Counted from the stretch's first letter, positions 50,192-59,224 are shown. The stretch is DNA of 60,059 bases from Patescibacteria group bacterium (GCA_027858235.1 JAQIDC010000028.1:77184-137242); one strand, 5' to 3'. The notes: generated by a model not told the origin, from the letters alone. A program made the numbers and translations.

Positions 50192-52030
50192 TTAGTTACA
50201 AGGTAATGTGCTTAAAGCTCCTTCACAACAATAAGGGAAAGCAGTCGGGGTTGATGTTGGAGTTGGTGAACATCCAGGCCCAGCACTTGTATAAAAACAA
50301 TTTTGATAAATATCTTTAAGGCCCGCATTAAACTCAGGAGTATAATCATTAAAATCAAGAAAAGGATCATGCCTTATTTCTATAGTAGTTTGCTTACTTG
50401 GAATATTGTCATATTTGGCGAGAGAAAAAGGCAAGGAACTGGTCGAATAAAGAGCAACTGAACCGATTGCAGTAGGTGGCCAATGTTTTATCATGCTAGA
50501 ACTCATCATTAGCCTGTCAAAAGTAGCTGTTGGTCTTTCATTGTATCCGACATCAACATCCCCTATCCCAGGATAAATACTCAACATAGTTGGAGCGCTC
50601 AAAAGTATCTGATCTGAAGTATTAAAATCCCATCTATATGAATCTCCTTGAGTTAAAGGATCTGGAATATTTTCATTATAAGGTGGTAGACCACTTTGTG
50701 AATCAGGTCCTTGAGCGTTGCCATCTTTATTTCCATCCAAAGAATTATCAGCCATATCAACTGTTCCATCAAATGGGAAAAGAGCAGTTGCTTCACCAGT
50801 CATAACCAAAGTAGCTGCCTTAACTAATACCTCAATACTACTTGTAGCTGGCAAACAATATACTCTATCTCCACAAGAATTTCTGCCACAAAAATCTTCA
50901 GTTAGAAATTCAACTGTTCGATATTGATTTGAAATATAAAAATTACCATCAACAATGTCTGCCCCCGTTAAATCATTAACAACTATATTATTGAAGCCAG
51001 CAAGAGTAGAACCGCTTGATGAAAGTGGACTAACGGCTTCGTTAAAATTAATCTGTACTACAACATTTCTAGGTTCCGTCGTTGATGGATAAGGAATAAC
51101 GCTTACTACTCTTGGAGGGGTAACATCTATTATGGTACTAACTAAGAACTGCCACACATAACCAATTGCGCCAATGGCTCCAGGAAAAGCATCCGTTCCA
51201 TCCCCTTTATCCAACTGGCTTGAAAAAGCAACTGAATAATATAATGCTTCCGAAGGACTACCAAGATAATCAAATGGTTTGAACCGGAAAGTTCTATTGT
51301 CAGGCATAACATTTGCGATAACCTCGGTTACTAGCGTAGCAGTTGCCGTACCATCATCAGTTTTGTAAATTAAAACATAATCTTCATCAATTAAATCACA
51401 CTCGCCTGGATCATTTTGTGAATTAGAATTAAAATCATCGCAATCTCCTAGGAGAGCATTTCCGTTTGTATTTTGAATAATTTGTGTTGGATCCATGTCC
51501 TCTTTGAAGGTAACAACTATACTTGTATTTCTTGGGACGTTTACTTGGTCACGTTCTGGATAATGAGATTCTATAATACTGTTTCCGGAAGTTGGGACGC
51601 CATTATTAAAACCACCAGCTCCACTGCCACTGCCACTGCCCCCACCCATAGAGGCCCCGAGCAAAGCATTTATAATAAACGTGGCTATTGCAAAAGCAGA
51701 CAATATAATAATAAGGCCAATGGCCGCACTTGATAAAATCTTTTTTGCCTTATCTACCTTGTCTGGAGCTCCAGCACTCGTCATATACATCCAACCAGCA
51801 TAAAGAATTAGAACCAAAGCAATAATACCAAGAAACCCTAATATCACCCTAATAACCCGCGCAACAATAATTCTCGGGTCAGTATCAGAAAGGCCAATCC
51901 CTGCTGCACTATTTATACCTGTGTCAACTTGAGCAAATACGAAATCTGGCAACAAAAAAATAGCTACAGCAAATAAAATACTGAAAACAGCTATTCCTAA
52001 AATCCTTCCTTTAATTTTTTTATTAAGCAT
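50192..52030 (-). CDS. 612-aa surface protein: TrbC/VirB2-like pilin N-module, Gly/Ser linker, SbsA-Ig-like domains
   Basis: The N-terminal ~93 aa are about 74% identical (hand alignment) to the same region of the 2087-aa protein. ..ESHYPERDQVNVPRNTSIVVTFKEDMDP.. and ..VVSVIPYPSTTEPRNVVVQINFNEAVSP.. look Big_5-like. Confidence 0.7.
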   Translation of the reverse strand: MLNKKIKGRILGIAVFSILFAVAIFLLPDFVFAQVDTGINSAAGIGLSDTDPRIIVARVIRVILGFLGIIALVLILYAGWMYMTSAGAPDKVDKAKKILSSAAIGLIIILSAFAIATFIINALLGASMGGGSGSGSGAGGFNNGVPTSGNSIIESHYPERDQVNVPRNTSIVVTFKEDMDPTQIIQNTNGNALLGDCDDFNSNSQNDPGECDLIDEDYVLIYKTDDGTATATLVTEVIANVMPDNRTFRFKPFDYLGSPSEALYYSVAFSSQLDKGDGTDAFPGAIGAIGYVWQFLVSTIIDVTPPRVVSVIPYPSTTEPRNVVVQINFNEAVSPLSSSGSTLAGFNNIVVNDLTGADIVDGNFYISNQYRTVEFLTEDFCGRNSCGDRVYCLPATSSIEVLVKAATLVMTGEATALFPFDGTVDMADNSLDGNKDGNAQGPDSQSGLPPYNENIPDPLTQGDSYRWDFNTSDQILLSAPTMLSIYPGIGDVDVGYNERPTATFDRLMMSSSMIKHWPPTAIGSVALYSTSSLPFSLAKYDNIPSKQTTIEIRHDPFLDFNDYTPEFNAGLKDIYQNCFYTSAGPGCSPTPTSTPTAFPYCCEGALSTLPCN

Positions 52031-52145
52031 GGAGGGCCTAAATTAATTCAAAATAAGACAAAACCAAGAGCCTTAACTCTCTTTGACTTTTCCACATTTT
52101 TATAATAGTATTATAACATAAATTACTAAAGAATGACCAGGCCCT

Positions 52146-53630
52146 ATGGAGATGACAATAGACAGAATTATAAATAAGGTTAAAGAAAATAGTCCAGAAG
52201 CTGACTTGGATTTATTGCGCCTTGCTTATGATTTTGCAAATGATGCTCACAAGGGCCAAAAAAGAAAAACTGGAGAGCCCTATATCCAACACACCCTACA
52301 TACTGCCTTTCTACTCGCTCAGGTTAAAGCCGATCCTGAAACTATTATGGCAGGACTTCTCCACGATGTTCCAGAAGATACTGAAAAAACATTAAAAGAC
52401 GTTAAAGACAATTTTGGAGGTGAGGTAGCTTTTCTAGTAGAAGGGATTACAAAACTTTCCAAAATTAAATATAGAGGAGTAGACAGATACAATGAGTCTT
52501 TGAGAAAAATGTTTTTGGCCATGGCTCAAGATTTAAGAGTTATTTTAATAAAATTTGCTGACAGACTTCATAATTTAAGAACCCTAGAAGGTCTTCCTGA
52601 GAAAAAAAGAACAAGAATTGCTCGTGAAACCCTAGAAATTTATGCTCCAATTGCAGGACTACTTGGTATTTGGCGCTTTAAATGGCAACTCGAAGACCTC
52701 TGTTTTAAGCATCTCTATCCTGAAGAATTCAAAAAACTCGAATACAAATATGAGGTTGAACAACGAGTTGAGCGCAACCAATATATTCAAAAAATTAAAA
52801 AAGAATTAGGAAATAAGCTAAAAGAAGTCGGCCTTAAGGAGTTTGATATACTTGGCCGGTTTAAGCATCTCTATAGTATTTATAAAAAAATGCAAATCAA
52901 AAATAGACGTTTTGATGAGATTTATGATGTATTTGCACTGAGAGTAGTTGTCCCTAATATTTCTGACTGTTATCGAGTTCTTGGGGTTATTCACGAATTA
53001 TGGAAACCAAAATCTTCTCGTTTCAAAGATTACATTGCTGTTCCAAAACCAAATGGCTACAGAAGTTTGCATACAACTGTTTTCGGGCCAGGTGGGAAAG
53101 CGACTGAATTTCAAATAAGAACCACTGAAATGAATGACGAGGCTTTTTACGGAATTGCCGCTCATTGGTACTACAAAAAAGAAGGAGGAATTCAGAAGAA
53201 TGCTGAAAATCAGCCAAGATGGGTTAAGGATATTCTAGTAACTCAAAAAGAAGCTATGAATTCCAATGAATTTATTCAAAAAATTAAAATTGATATTTTC
53301 CAAAAACGAAAGTTTGTCTTTTCTCCCAAAGGAGATGTTTTTGATATGCCTGAAGGTTCTACTCCAATTGATTTTGCCTACGCCGTTCACACCGAAATTG
53401 GGAACCATGCAACTGGAGCGCTTGTAAACAATACTATGGCCAAACTCGACCAGACATTAAAGAATGGAGATATGGTTGAAATACTAATAGACAAAAAAAG
53501 AAAAGGACCCAATAAAGACTGGCTCAAATTTGTAAAGACAGGAAGAGCTAAAGATAAAATAAACCAAGCCCTGAAAGGATCATCTCATTTTGATAATATT
53601 ATAAAACTACTGCCTTATACAAAAAAATAA
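52146..53630 (+). CDS. rel: Bifunctional (p)ppGpp synthetase/hydrolase (RelA/SpoT homologue), short form ending after TGS
   Basis: HD motif ..LLHDVPEDT.. Synthetase region ..RFKHLYSIYKKM..YDVFALRVVV.. TGS region ..VFSPKGDVFDMPEGSTPIDFAYAVHTEIG.. Confidence 0.93.
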   Translation: MEMTIDRIINKVKENSPEADLDLLRLAYDFANDAHKGQKRKTGEPYIQHTLHTAFLLAQVKADPETIMAGLLHDVPEDTEKTLKDVKDNFGGEVAFLVEGITKLSKIKYRGVDRYNESLRKMFLAMAQDLRVILIKFADRLHNLRTLEGLPEKKRTRIARETLEIYAPIAGLLGIWRFKWQLEDLCFKHLYPEEFKKLEYKYEVEQRVERNQYIQKIKKELGNKLKEVGLKEFDILGRFKHLYSIYKKMQIKNRRFDEIYDVFALRVVVPNISDCYRVLGVIHELWKPKSSRFKDYIAVPKPNGYRSLHTTVFGPGGKATEFQIRTTEMNDEAFYGIAAHWYYKKEGGIQKNAENQPRWVKDILVTQKEAMNSNEFIQKIKIDIFQKRKFVFSPKGDVFDMPEGSTPIDFAYAVHTEIGNHATGALVNNTMAKLDQTLKNGDMVEILIDKKRKGPNKDWLKFVKTGRAKDKINQALKGSSHFDNIIKLLPYTKK

Positions 53631-53640
53631 TTTTCAATGA

Positions 53641-53677
53641 AAAAACGGAGCTAAATAAATAGCTCCGTTTTGTTTTA
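53641..53677 (+). terminator. Rho-independent terminator of rel (bidirectional shape)
   Basis: AACGGAGCT-aaataaat-AGCTCCGTT followed by TTTGTTTT, 14 nt after the rel stop. An A-run lies on the other side. Confidence 0.7.
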
Positions 53678-53909
53678 CGATTTACAAAAAGATACAGGAA
53701 CTTCAGACTCTTCAGCAATTTGATAAACTGCAGCCATTCAACAGAATATTAAATTTTCGTTAGAGGTGTGACTTAAAAAGCCTCCATGAAGTTTAAAAAA
53801 AATTATTTTCTTTCGCGGACACTGCGCACTCTTTAGAATTCATTTTTTCTAAAAGCTCTTCAAAGGAATACTTTTTCTTTCTATTTTCACTCATCTTCGC
53901 TCTCCTCAC

Positions 53910-54221
53910 TTATTTGTCAAGCTTAACAATCTTTCTTCCTTTAGCTTTTACTTTAGCTTCGTTCATAATCTTGTCATGATTTTCAAAATAATAATCAGTT
54001 TTTACAACATTGCAAGCAATCTCAATCTTAAACTCTCCTTTTTCGATATTTCCACTTTGATAAAAAATAACAACACAGCTAATAGGAAGTCTAGAATAAA
54101 CCTCAGATTGAGAAGTAGCTGTTTCTCCTTTTTCCCACGAAATAATATCTTGTTTTTTAGCTAACTTTCTCACAAGCATCTCCTTTCGTAAATTAAATTT
54201 CAAATGAGCATTCCTTAACAA
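53910..54221 (-). CDS. Hypothetical protein (start uncertain: TTG 54221, ATG 54179 or GTG 54173)
   Basis: 103-aa track ORF. No recognisable motif. Confidence 0.4.
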   Translation of the reverse strand: MLRNAHLKFNLRKEMLVRKLAKKQDIISWEKGETATSQSEVYSRLPISCVVIFYQSGNIEKGEFKIEIACNVVKTDYYFENHDKIMNEAKVKAKGRKIVKLDK

Positions 54222-54249
54222 AAAAATCGTCTTTTGAGGACGATTTTTA
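54221..54249 (-). terminator. Hairpin terminator (bidirectional shape)
   Basis: AAAAATCGTC-ttttgag-GACGATTTTT with flanking A/T runs. Confidence 0.5.
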
Positions 54250-54411
54250 AAAAACTAGTTTAAATATCCTCAAAGCAACAAAAATATATCACTAATAATA
54301 ATATTAATAACGAGGTGAATTCCAAAGGAAGAGAGGGTGACCTGGGTCATTTGAGATATATTTTTATTGCTCTGATTGTTATACATATGTTAAATAATAA
54401 AATTTAAATTA

Positions 54412-54438
54412 GGGAGAAGAAGGGTCTCTTCTTCTCCC
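54412..54438 (-). terminator. Perfect 11-bp hairpin downstream of the 149-aa gene
   Basis: GGGAGAAGAAG-ggtct-CTTCTTCTCCC, 47 nt after the stop at 54485. An AU-rich tail follows. Confidence 0.5.
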
Positions 54439-54484
54439 ATAGTAATTTTTAAATAAGACTTATGATTGCTTGATTTAAAAATAT

Positions 54485-54934
54485 TTAAGAAAGGGGCTGG
54501 GTTAGAAAACTGAATCCAACCAATGCTGCACCGGGGCGTGCTGGTGGATTTTCTGAAACCAAAAGTTTAGATGGTTTTATAAAATCTCCCAGGACTACAA
54601 TACAATTTTTTTCAAATTCTGTGTGACCACAACTTTGACAGTATTTACCTGGATGGAGTTTATTTGTTTGACACTTTTTACACATCAAAACAAAATCTTT
54701 AATCACTTCACTTTCATCATTGTGTACACTTTTTTTATTTTCAATCGGACGAGGCAAACTAACAGAATCCATAAGACTACTAATACCTTTTTTCAAACAA
54801 TCTTTTTGATGCAAAAGGCCTTTCCTTCTTTTCTCGCCAAGTCTTTTGTTTTTCAATTTCTTTTCGACTCGAACAAGGTCAGAACACAACTTAGTGTGCT
54901 TTTTTTCGGTTGAAGATAGTGGTCGCCCTTTCAT
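54485..54934 (-). CDS. Basic protein with a CxxC...CxxC zinc-ribbon
   Basis: 149 aa. ..MCKKCQTNKLHPGKYCQSCGH.. Shine-Dalgarno site AGAGGAGGT upstream of the ATG. Confidence 0.5.
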   Translation of the reverse strand: MKGRPLSSTEKKHTKLCSDLVRVEKKLKNKRLGEKRRKGLLHQKDCLKKGISSLMDSVSLPRPIENKKSVHNDESEVIKDFVLMCKKCQTNKLHPGKYCQSCGHTEFEKNCIVVLGDFIKPSKLLVSENPPARPGAALVGFSFLTQPLS

Positions 54935-54958
54935 AGTACCTCCTCTTAGGTATTGGTG

Positions 54959-55120
54959 TTAACCTGCAAGAACATTCTTAAGCTCTGATATTTTCTTCTC
55001 CAATGACTCCTTAGCCTCTTTTGTTTTTGCCGTTGGAAGAAAAAATTCGTATTTTTTAAGCTGGAAATTTAGATAACCTCTATCACTATCTGGATATGAT
55101 TTTGCATCTGAATCTGGCAT
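54959..55120 (-). CDS. Small ORF (53 aa) upstream of the zinc-ribbon gene (below the ORF-track cut-off)
   Basis: Hand translation: MPDSDAKSYPDSDRGYLNFQLKKYEFFLPTAKTKEAKESLEKKISELKNVLAG. Purine-rich AAGGGAAAG upstream. Its stop is 24 nt before the next start. Confidence 0.35.
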   Translation of the reverse strand: MPDSDAKSYPDSDRGYLNFQLKKYEFFLPTAKTKEAKESLEKKISELKNVLAG

Positions 55121-55162
55121 TTCACTTTCCCTTTCTTGATTATTAAAAGATCAAATTATACT

Positions 55163-55189
55163 CAAAAAAACCGTCCCTTATTGGACGGC
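55163..55189 (-). terminator. Rho-independent terminator (minus strand)
   Basis: Minus-strand RNA forms CCGUCC-aauaag-GGACGG followed by UUUUUUU. Confidence 0.55.
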
Positions 55190-55351
55190 CTACATATTTT
55201 TAGTTTATTTTATATAAATATATTAGTCGTCCAATTTTTTAACAGGTAAAATCACTGCCATTCTAATGACAGATAACTTGCCTAAAATTGTAAAACTATA
55301 TTTATTCATATGTTAATTATACTAACATATTTTTAATTTTTGTCAAATACA

Positions 55352-55385
55352 AAAGGTGCTACGTAGCATGTTACGTAGCACCTTT
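55352..55385 (-). terminator. Terminator of ndk (perfect 14-bp stem)
   Basis: AAAGGTGCTACGTA-gcatgt-TACGTAGCACCTTT, 23 nt after the ndk stop. T/A runs on both sides. Confidence 0.7.
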
Positions 55386-55407
55386 TTATTTGAATCTGCG
55401 GATTAAT

Positions 55408-56016
55408 TTATTCTTTAATTCCGTCTAGATCAACGTCATAAAGCATTGCTTCAACTATTAATCTATAATCAAGAATTTCATCTTCTGAAAACCAAATTTT
55501 TATTTCCTTCTCAGCTTCTTCTACTTCACCAGAAGCATGAATCAAGTTTCTAACGCTTCTCTCTCCTTGATCAGCCATAGCATAAGAGTCCAGGGTGTAG
55601 TCACCACGAATTGTTCCAACATCACTTGATAATGGCTCTGTTCCACCAGTAATCTTTCTTACCAATGGGATAGCACCAGCACCTTGCCAAATCATAGCAA
55701 CAACAGGTCCAGCACTCAAATACTTTGCATTTCTCTCAAGAACAGCAACTCCACAATCTTTATTTGTCGCGAATGGGGATTTCAAGCCTTTCTTCTCATA
55801 AGAAGCGTTAGCTTTTCTTCCAACTTCCTCTAACCACTCTTCTCCACCAACCATATAATGTTCTGTTGCTCTCTCGGGTGTTGGCATTACCATTTTCATA
55901 GCAACTAGTTTTAAACCAACTTTTTCGTATCTTTTAATAATTTCGCCAATTAATGTTCTTTGAACTCCATCTGGTTTAATAATAACCACAGTTCTTTCGT
56001 TTTTTAGATGACTCAT
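55408..56016 (-). CDS. ndk: Nucleoside diphosphate kinase (long form with an internal insertion)
   Basis: ..VVIIKPDGVQRTLIGEIIKRYEKVGLKLVAMKM.., ..GPVVAMIWQG.., ..GTIRGDY.., ..NLIHASG.. (catalytic His). 202 aa. Confidence 0.93.
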   Translation of the reverse strand: MSHLKNERTVVIIKPDGVQRTLIGEIIKRYEKVGLKLVAMKMVMPTPERATEHYMVGGEEWLEEVGRKANASYEKKGLKSPFATNKDCGVAVLERNAKYLSAGPVVAMIWQGAGAIPLVRKITGGTEPLSSDVGTIRGDYTLDSYAMADQGERSVRNLIHASGEVEEAEKEIKIWFSEDEILDYRLIVEAMLYDVDLDGIKE

Positions 56017-56076
56017 ACAAAAATAAAATTCTATAAAAGTTTAATCAACTCAAATAGAATCATTTATAATTAAATA

Positions 56077-56454
56077 TTATTTAAATTCCTTTTTTACCTT
56101 ATCGAGAACTTCCGCTGGTGTCAAGTTCGCTTTTACAAGATAATCTTTTGCTCCCAATTCTTGCCCCTTCTGGATGTCTTCTTCTGTGCCTAGATTTGTT
56201 AAAAGAAAAACAGATATATTCTTTGTTTTGGTGTCCGCTTTTAATTTTTCGAGCACTGTAAACCCGTCTAGTTGTGGCATTATAATATCAAGAAGTATTA
56301 AATCAGGTTTATTACTTAAAGCTAATTCAAGACCATCAGCGCCATTATCGGCCATCAAAACTTCAAAATTAGCCTGTTCAAACTTTGTTTTATACATAGC
56401 GCTAATCATATTATCATCCTCCACTAGAAGTATTGTTTTTTTCCCATTTGCCAT
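56077..56454 (-). CDS. Single-domain response regulator (CheY-like receiver)
   Basis: ..ILLVEDD.., ..DLILLDIIMPQLDG.. (phospho-acceptor Asp), ..TNLG..KDYLVK.. Confidence 0.85.
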   Translation of the reverse strand: MANGKKTILLVEDDNMISAMYKTKFEQANFEVLMADNGADGLELALSNKPDLILLDIIMPQLDGFTVLEKLKADTKTKNISVFLLTNLGTEEDIQKGQELGAKDYLVKANLTPAEVLDKVKKEFK

Positions 56455-56573
56455 AATGTTTCTTTAATTTAATCTAATTATAGCAAGATAGCTTATTTTT
56501 TCAATAGACCTAATGAATTTGTCATTCTGGAATGAAGCGCCAGCGAAACGATAGAATCTTTAAACCATACCTC

Positions 56574-57422
56574 TTAATAAACCACTCCCAATCCAACCCC
56601 ATCACTAAAAAAACTAATATCGCCATACGCATCGGTTCTAAATATTTTTGTTCCAATTTTATTAAGCATATTTAAAACGCCTATATTTGGATGTCCAAAT
56701 TTATTATCCTCTCCAACAGAAATAACAGCATATTCAGGAGAAACAATGTTTATAAAGTTCTCATCGTTTGTCTTTGAACCATGATGAGCCAATTTCAAAA
56801 CATCAGATTCTAACCCTCCATTATCTATTATCTCAAGCTCCTCTTCTCTCTCGGCATCTCCCATAAACAAAAAACTTTTATCACCATAAGCCAATCGAGA
56901 AATAACAGAAGTGTTGTTCACATTTTTGTGGACTTCTTTGCTAATATCCTTTTCGGGATATAAGATATCAAAATATAGATTATCCCCCAATTTTATTCTT
57001 TGTTTTTTATCAATGACAATTATCTCCGCTCCTTCTCTCTCGGCTTCCTCTAAAAATGTTTTATAAATTATCGAGTCGTAATCAATTCCTGAATACATAA
57101 TCCTCTCAACATCATACCTCCTAATTATCTCAATTAAACCAGTAAGATGATCTTCATGAGGGTGGGTTAATATCATCAACTCTATGTCATTATTCCAAAA
57201 ACCCAATCTGCTACTCAACTTTTCCAAAACGCTGTTGTCGGGACTACCATCAATCACAATATCTTGACCATAGGGAGTTTTAATCAAAGCAGAGTCCCCT
57301 TGTCCAACGTCGAAGAAAATTACTTCGAGTTTTTTTGAAACATTATTTTTTATAAATAAAAAAACTGTAATTAATATAATCACAATTCCAAAAAATAAAT
57401 ATATCTTTTGCCATTTATTCAT
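56574..57422 (-). CDS. Metallo-beta-lactamase-fold protein, ComEC/Rec2 C-terminal-domain-like, membrane-anchored
   Basis: N-terminal TM helix. ..FFDVGQGDSALI.., ..LTHPHEDHLTG.., ..KLAHHGS.. Confidence 0.75.
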   Translation of the reverse strand: MNKWQKIYLFFGIVIILITVFLFIKNNVSKKLEVIFFDVGQGDSALIKTPYGQDIVIDGSPDNSVLEKLSSRLGFWNNDIELMILTHPHEDHLTGLIEIIRRYDVERIMYSGIDYDSIIYKTFLEEAEREGAEIIVIDKKQRIKLGDNLYFDILYPEKDISKEVHKNVNNTSVISRLAYGDKSFLFMGDAEREEELEIIDNGGLESDVLKLAHHGSKTNDENFINIVSPEYAVISVGEDNKFGHPNIGVLNMLNKIGTKIFRTDAYGDISFFSDGVGLGVVY

Positions 57423-57427
57423 AAAAA

Positions 57428-59113
57428 CTAAACAGGCAAAGTGTGTTTCAATAACATCTGCTCTCTTTGTTGTCTCACTAGTTTTTTAGTAGTTTTTCTG
57501 TTCCAGTCTTCTCCTTTCAAGATATTGGCGAGCCAATCTCCGGCAATCAAATGTGGCATCATCACGTAGTCTGCCCCGGCCTCATACATCTCGTTAAGAA
57601 AACGAACATATGAAAGAGTCCCTATAATTATTGGTTTTGAATGGCTTTCTCTAACATGCTTTATCATTGTTACCTGACAGCTACTGCTTGGCAGAGTGGA
57701 AATAATCATTTTAGTGCTTGCCAAGGGCAACTCGGATAATAACTCTATATCTGTAGCATCACCAAAAAAACAAGGAACATTTCTAGTTTTTAACTTCTCG
57801 ATAGCAATAGGATCAAAATCAACAACAGCAAAATTAACCTTCATTTCACTTAAAGCATCAACAACTTTCCATCCTATTCTATGATATCCAAAAACCAGAA
57901 CATCATATTTTTTTAATTTTTCTTCGGGGCTTGAATATTTGTCCTTTCCAAAAAGTCTTAAAAATCCTTCCATCTTTTTATAAATCTGACCATTGTACAT
58001 TATTAAATAAGACGAAATAAATATTGTCACAAGGGCTACAAAGGTAAATAGGGGTAATAAATTAGAATTCATAAAACCTTGTTGCTCAACAACAAATAAA
58101 AACACAAAACCAAATTCAGATACTTGCGCTGCTGTAAGACCAGCCCTAAAGGAAACTCTTCTTGAGAATTTCATTGTTCTGTAAAGAACGTACAGGATAA
58201 AAGGATTCCCTATTAAAACAAAAAGGGAAAGAATAATCCCTGGAACAATCACCTCCCCAAAACCACCAATGTTCATTTCACTTCCAAGAATTATAAAAAA
58301 CATTACAATAAAAAAATCTCGAAGAGGTTTTAATCTACTAGTAATCTCCTCTCTATAAATAGAAGAACCTAGAGAAAGGCCGGCAACAATAGCACCCACC
58401 TCAAGAGATAATCCAACCCATTCAGCCAGTCCTGCCACAGAAAAACACCAAGCTATAGTAAATATCAAGAGAAATTCACCTGATTTAGCAACCCTATTTA
58501 GGAGCAATAGAATAATTCTTGATGTTAAATATATTGCCATCAAAAAAAGTGTGCTCTTTAAAAGTACGGCTGTTAACGAAAAAGCAATCGGCCCGCCCTC
58601 TTTAAATGCAGGCAGCATCATCAAGAGTACTATCGCAATAATATCTTGAATAAGCATAAGTCCAACAGTGTAGCGACCGTAAACTGTTTCCGTCTCCCTC
58701 TTCTCAGCCAAAAGCTTCATTATAATAATAGTCGAAGAAAATGTGATAGCGATAGCAAGATAAGTTGAAAATTCTCTATCAAACCCAAGCCAAGTCAATA
58801 TCAAAAAACCAACTAGGGCCGTAAAAAGAACTTGCCCTCCACCAGTAACAGCGGCAACCTTCCCTATCTTTTTTAAAAAGTGAAAATTAAGACTAAGCCC
58901 AACCAAAAACAATAGAAGAATAACTCCAAACTCGGCAAAAATATGAAAATACTCCTGGCTACTATTTATAATATTTAGAAAAACAGGTCCAACTAAAATA
59001 CCCGTAATTATATAGGAAATAATTAAGGGTTGTTTAAGTAATTGCACCAAAAAAGAAACAGCAATAGCTACCCCTAAAATGATACTTATATTTAGAAATA
59101 TTGAATCGACCAT
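57428..59113 (-). CDS. CPA2-family cation:proton antiporter with a C-terminal TrkA-N/RCK domain (Kef-like)
   Basis: 561 aa. About 12 TM segments, then a Rossmann-like ..YDVLVFGYHRIGWKV.. region. Confidence 0.85.
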   Translation of the reverse strand: MVDSIFLNISIILGVAIAVSFLVQLLKQPLIISYIITGILVGPVFLNIINSSQEYFHIFAEFGVILLLFLVGLSLNFHFLKKIGKVAAVTGGGQVLFTALVGFLILTWLGFDREFSTYLAIAITFSSTIIIMKLLAEKRETETVYGRYTVGLMLIQDIIAIVLLMMLPAFKEGGPIAFSLTAVLLKSTLFLMAIYLTSRIILLLLNRVAKSGEFLLIFTIAWCFSVAGLAEWVGLSLEVGAIVAGLSLGSSIYREEITSRLKPLRDFFIVMFFIILGSEMNIGGFGEVIVPGIILSLFVLIGNPFILYVLYRTMKFSRRVSFRAGLTAAQVSEFGFVFLFVVEQQGFMNSNLLPLFTFVALVTIFISSYLIMYNGQIYKKMEGFLRLFGKDKYSSPEEKLKKYDVLVFGYHRIGWKVVDALSEMKVNFAVVDFDPIAIEKLKTRNVPCFFGDATDIELLSELPLASTKMIISTLPSSSCQVTMIKHVRESHSKPIIIGTLSYVRFLNEMYEAGADYVMMPHLIAGDWLANILKGEDWNRKTTKKLVRQQREQMLLKHTLPV

Positions 59114-59224
59114 AAGTTGTTTTATGTTTATATTATAACATAAATTTATTTATTTTGCTTTTATTTCCAAATACTTTGACATAATTATTAAAATTGCGTA
59201 AATTTATGTTACAATTTAAAAAAT

